A DNA stretch of 64,000 nucleotides from the IMG/VR virus record IMGVR_UViG_3300005253_000164; one strand, 5' to 3'. Below, one piece after another: positions 60,480 to 64,000 of the stretch (position 1 is the first letter of the stretch; each line of letters begins with the position of its first letter). The stretch comes from an uncultured virus (IMG/VR IMGVR_UViG_3300005253_000164) (Duplodnaviria; Heunggongvirae; Uroviricota; Caudoviricetes). Under the pieces are notes generated by a model. That model ran no database searches, was not told where the DNA came from, and saw only the letters and a list, made by a program, of their open reading frames with translations. The position numbers were made by a program, and so were the translations under genes.

Positions 60480-61962
60480 CATTCCTAGAGAAAAGCAAAA
60501 AAAAACTAGGTTAGATCTGGAATGGCATAATGATTTAACAGAATTATATTTGGATAGATTATTTCCACCATTGGAACAAATTATTGGAACCAAGCAACAT
60601 AAGGATAGATCCTCCGCAGGAGAATTTCTGGACTTTAATCTGGGTGAAAAAGGTGCTGCTAAGACAGAACTAACGAACTGGATAATTGAAAATGGTATTA
60701 AACGATATGGTGAAGAGAATGTTTCTGTTTATGTAACTAAGGATTTATTTGCTGTACTTGGAGTCTATATTGGACAAAGGCAACAGCATTTTGGAGATAT
60801 TTTGGATGACAAACCTATCCAAATAATAGTTCACGATGATTTACTGTCACAATTCGGGACAGATTGTACAAAAGAAATTCGTAGATTATTTGCACAAACC
60901 TTTCATAATACTCGGCATTTTATTAAACATAAAGATGAAAATGGGAACAAAACAGGAAGAATAATCTGGATTTTCAATGCACAAGATTGGTATATTATAG
61001 ACATTAATAGTAGAAGGAATGCACATGCAGTAGTTTACAAATCGTTACCCTATAATTTGAATAGTGTTAGATTATTTAGATCTGAACACCCAAGACAGGC
61101 TTATGAAATTCTGGATGATATAACCGAGAAATTACCTTTGCAATTAGAAGATCAATCATATAAAGGAACGAGTTATATTAAACTCGGTAGGAAAACTTGT
61201 GGAATAATAAAGTCAACTTTAACAGAAGAAAATTATTGTTTAGAGGGTGGTAAATATTGGGTTCCAAGCACAGATTTGAAAATGTTATTGGAGAGTGCTG
61301 ATCTGGCATGGGAAACCCAACAATGGAAGGCAAAAGAACCAGAAACCACCGTAACTCCATTGGCAATTACAGAGAAACTAGAAAAAGGAGATATTTATTT
61401 TAAGACAATATATTCTCGACCTCTTCCAATAGAATTTCTGGCAGATGCATTCAACTACGGTTTTGAAAATCCTTATCCAAGAAAAGATAAAGCAAAATAT
61501 AAACGAACTCTTCATTGGCAACCAACTTTTGACTATCTAGTAAAATTAAAGCCAGCAGCAGTAATTGCATCTGAATTAGGCATTAGTGAAAATAATATCT
61601 GGAATTCTTATGAAGAAAGAGGTTTTGTCCAGATTGTTAGAAGAGAACAATTAGGTCATTGGTGTGAAACAATAATCCCCAAATTTGACAAAGAACTCAA
61701 GTGGCAAGTTATTGCAGGACAATTCGAATCTGATCTCAAGAATCAAGAAGCAATTGATGCGGGTGTTCCAGGTCTTGGTTTGCATGGGGAAATAAAAACA
61801 AGAGAACAAAAAATCACTCCAAGCTTAAAAGATTTGAGTACAGTAGGCAAAGCACATGTAAAAGCAGGTGGTTTAACTTATTTTTATCAAATTATTATCA
61901 GACGAAATAGACAAAAATCAGCTCATGAAATAATCAAGTATCAAGTTTTTCTAAATAAATAA
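60466..61962 (+). CDS. A32/FtsK-HerA-like P-loop ATPase fused to HTH and possible PD-(D/E)xK domain
   Basis: GEKGAAKT, IIVHDD, TRH, IFNAQ, RRN; then AAVIASELGISENNI and E...SDL...EIK. Confidence 0.65.
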   Translation: MSLSNIPREKQKKTRLDLEWHNDLTELYLDRLFPPLEQIIGTKQHKDRSSAGEFLDFNLGEKGAAKTELTNWIIENGIKRYGEENVSVYVTKDLFAVLGVYIGQRQQHFGDILDDKPIQIIVHDDLLSQFGTDCTKEIRRLFAQTFHNTRHFIKHKDENGNKTGRIIWIFNAQDWYIIDINSRRNAHAVVYKSLPYNLNSVRLFRSEHPRQAYEILDDITEKLPLQLEDQSYKGTSYIKLGRKTCGIIKSTLTEENYCLEGGKYWVPSTDLKMLLESADLAWETQQWKAKEPETTVTPLAITEKLEKGDIYFKTIYSRPLPIEFLADAFNYGFENPYPRKDKAKYKRTLHWQPTFDYLVKLKPAAVIASELGISENNIWNSYEERGFVQIVRREQLGHWCETIIPKFDKELKWQVIAGQFESDLKNQEAIDAGVPGLGLHGEIKTREQKITPSLKDLSTVGKAHVKAGGLTYFYQIIIRRNRQKSAHEIIKYQVFLNK

Positions 61963-62002
61963 AATAATAGAATATTTATACTATATAGTTCAGACTATCA
62001 TT

Positions 62003-62755
62003 GTGGAGCCAGAACTTCTCATTACGCATTTTTTCATTGGTTTTCTTGCTCTGGGTGTTGTCTTTCCTTATTTTTATAAGAAGAAACCTTCTGCCCCCAT
62101 TTTCCCCATTATAATATTAAGCTTCATAATTTCATATTTGGTTTATCTCTGGGCATTAGCATGGGAAACAAACGCAATGGTTGAATTCAATCAGATAATG
62201 GCACTAAAAGTTTCTGGGTTCGAAAAATATACTTGGTATTTTACATTGCTTGCTGCATCAATTGAAGAGCTAACAAAACTAGTAGGGCTTTTCATTCTGA
62301 TGCATCTGACAGTAAAAAATTACATAATTAAAGATAAAAAATATCCTCTTCCAACATTTGGTAAACTAGGAATAATATCTGCAATTCTTATAGGTGGTCT
62401 TTTCAGTTCTTATGAAAACCTGTTGTATGTAAAATATTCAACTTATCAAGAGAGTGTTGAAATTCTAATGGATCGAGTTATTGCTGGAGTTTTCTTTATC
62501 CATGTAACTGCTGTGTATATTAATTACTATTTTATTACTCATCATAAAAAATTCATCCCAATAGGAATAATACTTTCTATCATATTCCATGCGACCTACA
62601 ATTACCTTGTTTTTATGGCTATATTTGGTAGAACATCAGATTTCTACGCATGGTTATATGCATGGGGGACATTCTTCATAATTGTTTTCCTTCCGAATGG
62701 GGGTATAAATTCTATGAACCAATTAATAAAAAAATTTAAACAAAAACAAACCTAG
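62003..62755 (+). CDS. PrsW-family glutamic intramembrane protease
   Basis: IEELTK, FSSYEN, IH and FHATYN within a polytopic membrane protein. Confidence 0.8.
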   Translation: MEPELLITHFFIGFLALGVVFPYFYKKKPSAPIFPIIILSFIISYLVYLWALAWETNAMVEFNQIMALKVSGFEKYTWYFTLLAASIEELTKLVGLFILMHLTVKNYIIKDKKYPLPTFGKLGIISAILIGGLFSSYENLLYVKYSTYQESVEILMDRVIAGVFFIHVTAVYINYYFITHHKKFIPIGIILSIIFHATYNYLVFMAIFGRTSDFYAWLYAWGTFFIIVFLPNGGINSMNQLIKKFKQKQT

Positions 62756-64000
62756 TGAACTACCATGACCTTTAGGACATGGCTTCTTGCTTCAGCAAAA
62801 AATCTTACCACTCGCAATCTCATTGGATGAGAATGTGAATAGCAGAGGATTCTTCTCCACAAATAACGAAGAAAGTCCCTTTCTCCGATTCCCATTTAGG
62901 GAATAAGCATCAAATAAGACATTTTGTGCAGCGTTATAATCTCTGGGGACAAGATGTCCACAGTTACAATTATGTGTTCTGTCTGATAATTTCTTTGGAA
63001 CTATGGTCTTACACACACTGCATTTTGGGGTTGTATTCTTGGGATCCACTTTTACTACTTTACGTCCAGCACTTTCAGCCTTGATGTTAAGCATATTGAA
63101 AAATTCACCCCAAGAGGCATCCAAAATATGTCTGTTCAAAGTTTTAGACCTCTTGGATTGTAACATATTTGTGATGTTAAGATCTTCATGAGCAATGAGA
63201 TCATAATTTCGGATATAATATGTTGACATCTTGTGTAAGAAATCAATTCTCTGATTTTCTAAAGTTTCATAAATAATCCCAAGTTGTTGTTTAACTTTCT
63301 TGCGATTATTAGACCCCTTCTTTTTCCCAGATAATTCTCTTTGTTGTTTCTTTATTTTTGTAAGAGTCTTATCTATATTTCTTGGATATTCAAATTCATT
63401 TTTATCACTATCAGTAACAAATTTTGAAATCCCAACATCCAATCCAACATCTTTCCCAGTAACTGGTAAAGGAGCTACTTGTTTATCTATCTGGACATTG
63501 ACAAACCATTTTCCAGTATTAGTTTTCTTAATTATTATCCCTTTCACCGCTCCATCAATCTTACGATGAATAATGGTGCGAATATTACCAATTTTAGAGA
63601 ATTTAATTCTATTGTTTGATTCATCAATCTTGAAACCAGATTGATTGAAATTTAATGTCTTATACCAACCCTTCCCTTTGAATCGTAATCCACCGATTCG
63701 ATTACTTTTTTTCTTGCTCTCTGAAAGACCTCGAACATTACTCCAAAGAGTATAGTTGACCATCTGAAGAACTTTGGAATATACCTTTTTCAAATAAGGA
63801 TTGGTTTTCTTCCACTCTGGTATGAAATTCTGAGTATCCACCTTGGATAATTTGTTTCCTTTTGAAATTGAAGATAATATTTGATTGTATAAGCGTCTAC
63901 AAGTTTCTAAATTTCCCTCAAGCAATAATATTTGTTGAGGTGTGGGATAAAGTCTAAACTTATAGGTATACACCAACACGTATTAATTGAGGACCTCATC
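62755..64000 (-). mobile_element. IS200/IS605-family element; right end present, left end beyond the window
   Basis: Subterminal hairpin CCATG..CC-TTTA-GG..CATGG (62763-62782) and minus-strand terminus ...GTTCAC at 62755. Confidence 0.8.
62792..63979 (-). CDS. tnpB: TnpB RNA-guided endonuclease
   Basis: YKFRLYPT HTH; RuvC GLDVG, HEDL and RDYNAA; Zn finger CSVC...CNCG. Confidence 0.93.
   Translation of the reverse strand: MLVYTYKFRLYPTPQQILLLEGNLETCRRLYNQILSSISKGNKLSKVDTQNFIPEWKKTNPYLKKVYSKVLQMVNYTLWSNVRGLSESKKKSNRIGGLRFKGKGWYKTLNFNQSGFKIDESNNRIKFSKIGNIRTIIHRKIDGAVKGIIIKKTNTGKWFVNVQIDKQVAPLPVTGKDVGLDVGISKFVTDSDKNEFEYPRNIDKTLTKIKKQQRELSGKKKGSNNRKKVKQQLGIIYETLENQRIDFLHKMSTYYIRNYDLIAHEDLNITNMLQSKRSKTLNRHILDASWGEFFNMLNIKAESAGRKVVKVDPKNTTPKCSVCKTIVPKKLSDRTHNCNCGHLVPRDYNAAQNVLFDAYSLNGNRRKGLSSLFVEKNPLLFTFSSNEIASGKIFC

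Noticed and set aside
60466..61962. Terminase large subunit
   Set aside because: The motif order (RH, hhhhQ, R.N) fits A32/FtsK-HerA rather than terminase, with no RNase H-like C-terminal motifs and no adjacent portal.
541..63569. Many short antisense or alternate-frame ORFs in the track (for example 3101, 3784, 8045, 13834, 33105, 59559, 63300)
   Set aside because: They are nested within longer motif-bearing genes and have no RBS or promoter support.
1..64000. Alternative genetic code
   Set aside because: The standard code gives dense, long, abutting ORFs up to 3754 aa with all three stop codons in use.
63980..64000. tnpA or left end of the IS
   Set aside because: Only 21 nt lie upstream of tnpB in the window, too little to assess.

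Overview
AT-rich, gene-dense 64 kb window with no recognisable host housekeeping genes. It reads as part of a large archaeal virus or extrachromosomal element. Archaeal signs are TATA-like boxes about 25-35 nt before leaderless starts, GGTGA-type ribosome binding sites, T-tract termination and many tiny Zn-finger ORFs. Surface-protein repeats and C-terminal anchors hint at an Asgard (Heimdallarchaeia-like) host, which is inference only. Blocks from left to right: (1) 0.1-2.4 kb, an anchored surface protein and two proteins sharing a basic N-terminal leader, one with a JAB/MPN metalloprotease motif. (2) 2.8-8.8 kb, a glycan-modification cluster (two GT-B glycosyltransferases, UDP-GlcNAc 2-epimerase, LpxA-like acyltransferase, FabG-like reductase) interrupted by a 47-aa coat-like peptide gene and a structured non-coding locus. 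(3) 9-29 kb, short translationally coupled virus-type ORFs including a Topo VI-A-like Toprim protein, RNase H, a UDG-like protein, Gp37/Gp68 with a LAGLIDADG intein, and DUF4326. (4) 29.8-62.8 kb, a membrane/morphogenesis region: S8 protease, about ten consecutive membrane proteins, MazG-like and MT-A70 genes, 1469-aa and 3754-aa adhesins, a coupled operon ending in an A32/FtsK-HerA-like ATPase fusion, and a PrsW-like protease. (5) An IS200/IS605 tnpB with its right end. No terminase, portal or HK97/jelly-roll capsid is recognisable, so the best hypothesis is an enveloped or extruded particle system. Three position-fixed promoter motifs divide the genes into apparent regulons. All family calls come from motif recognition by eye, not from database searches.
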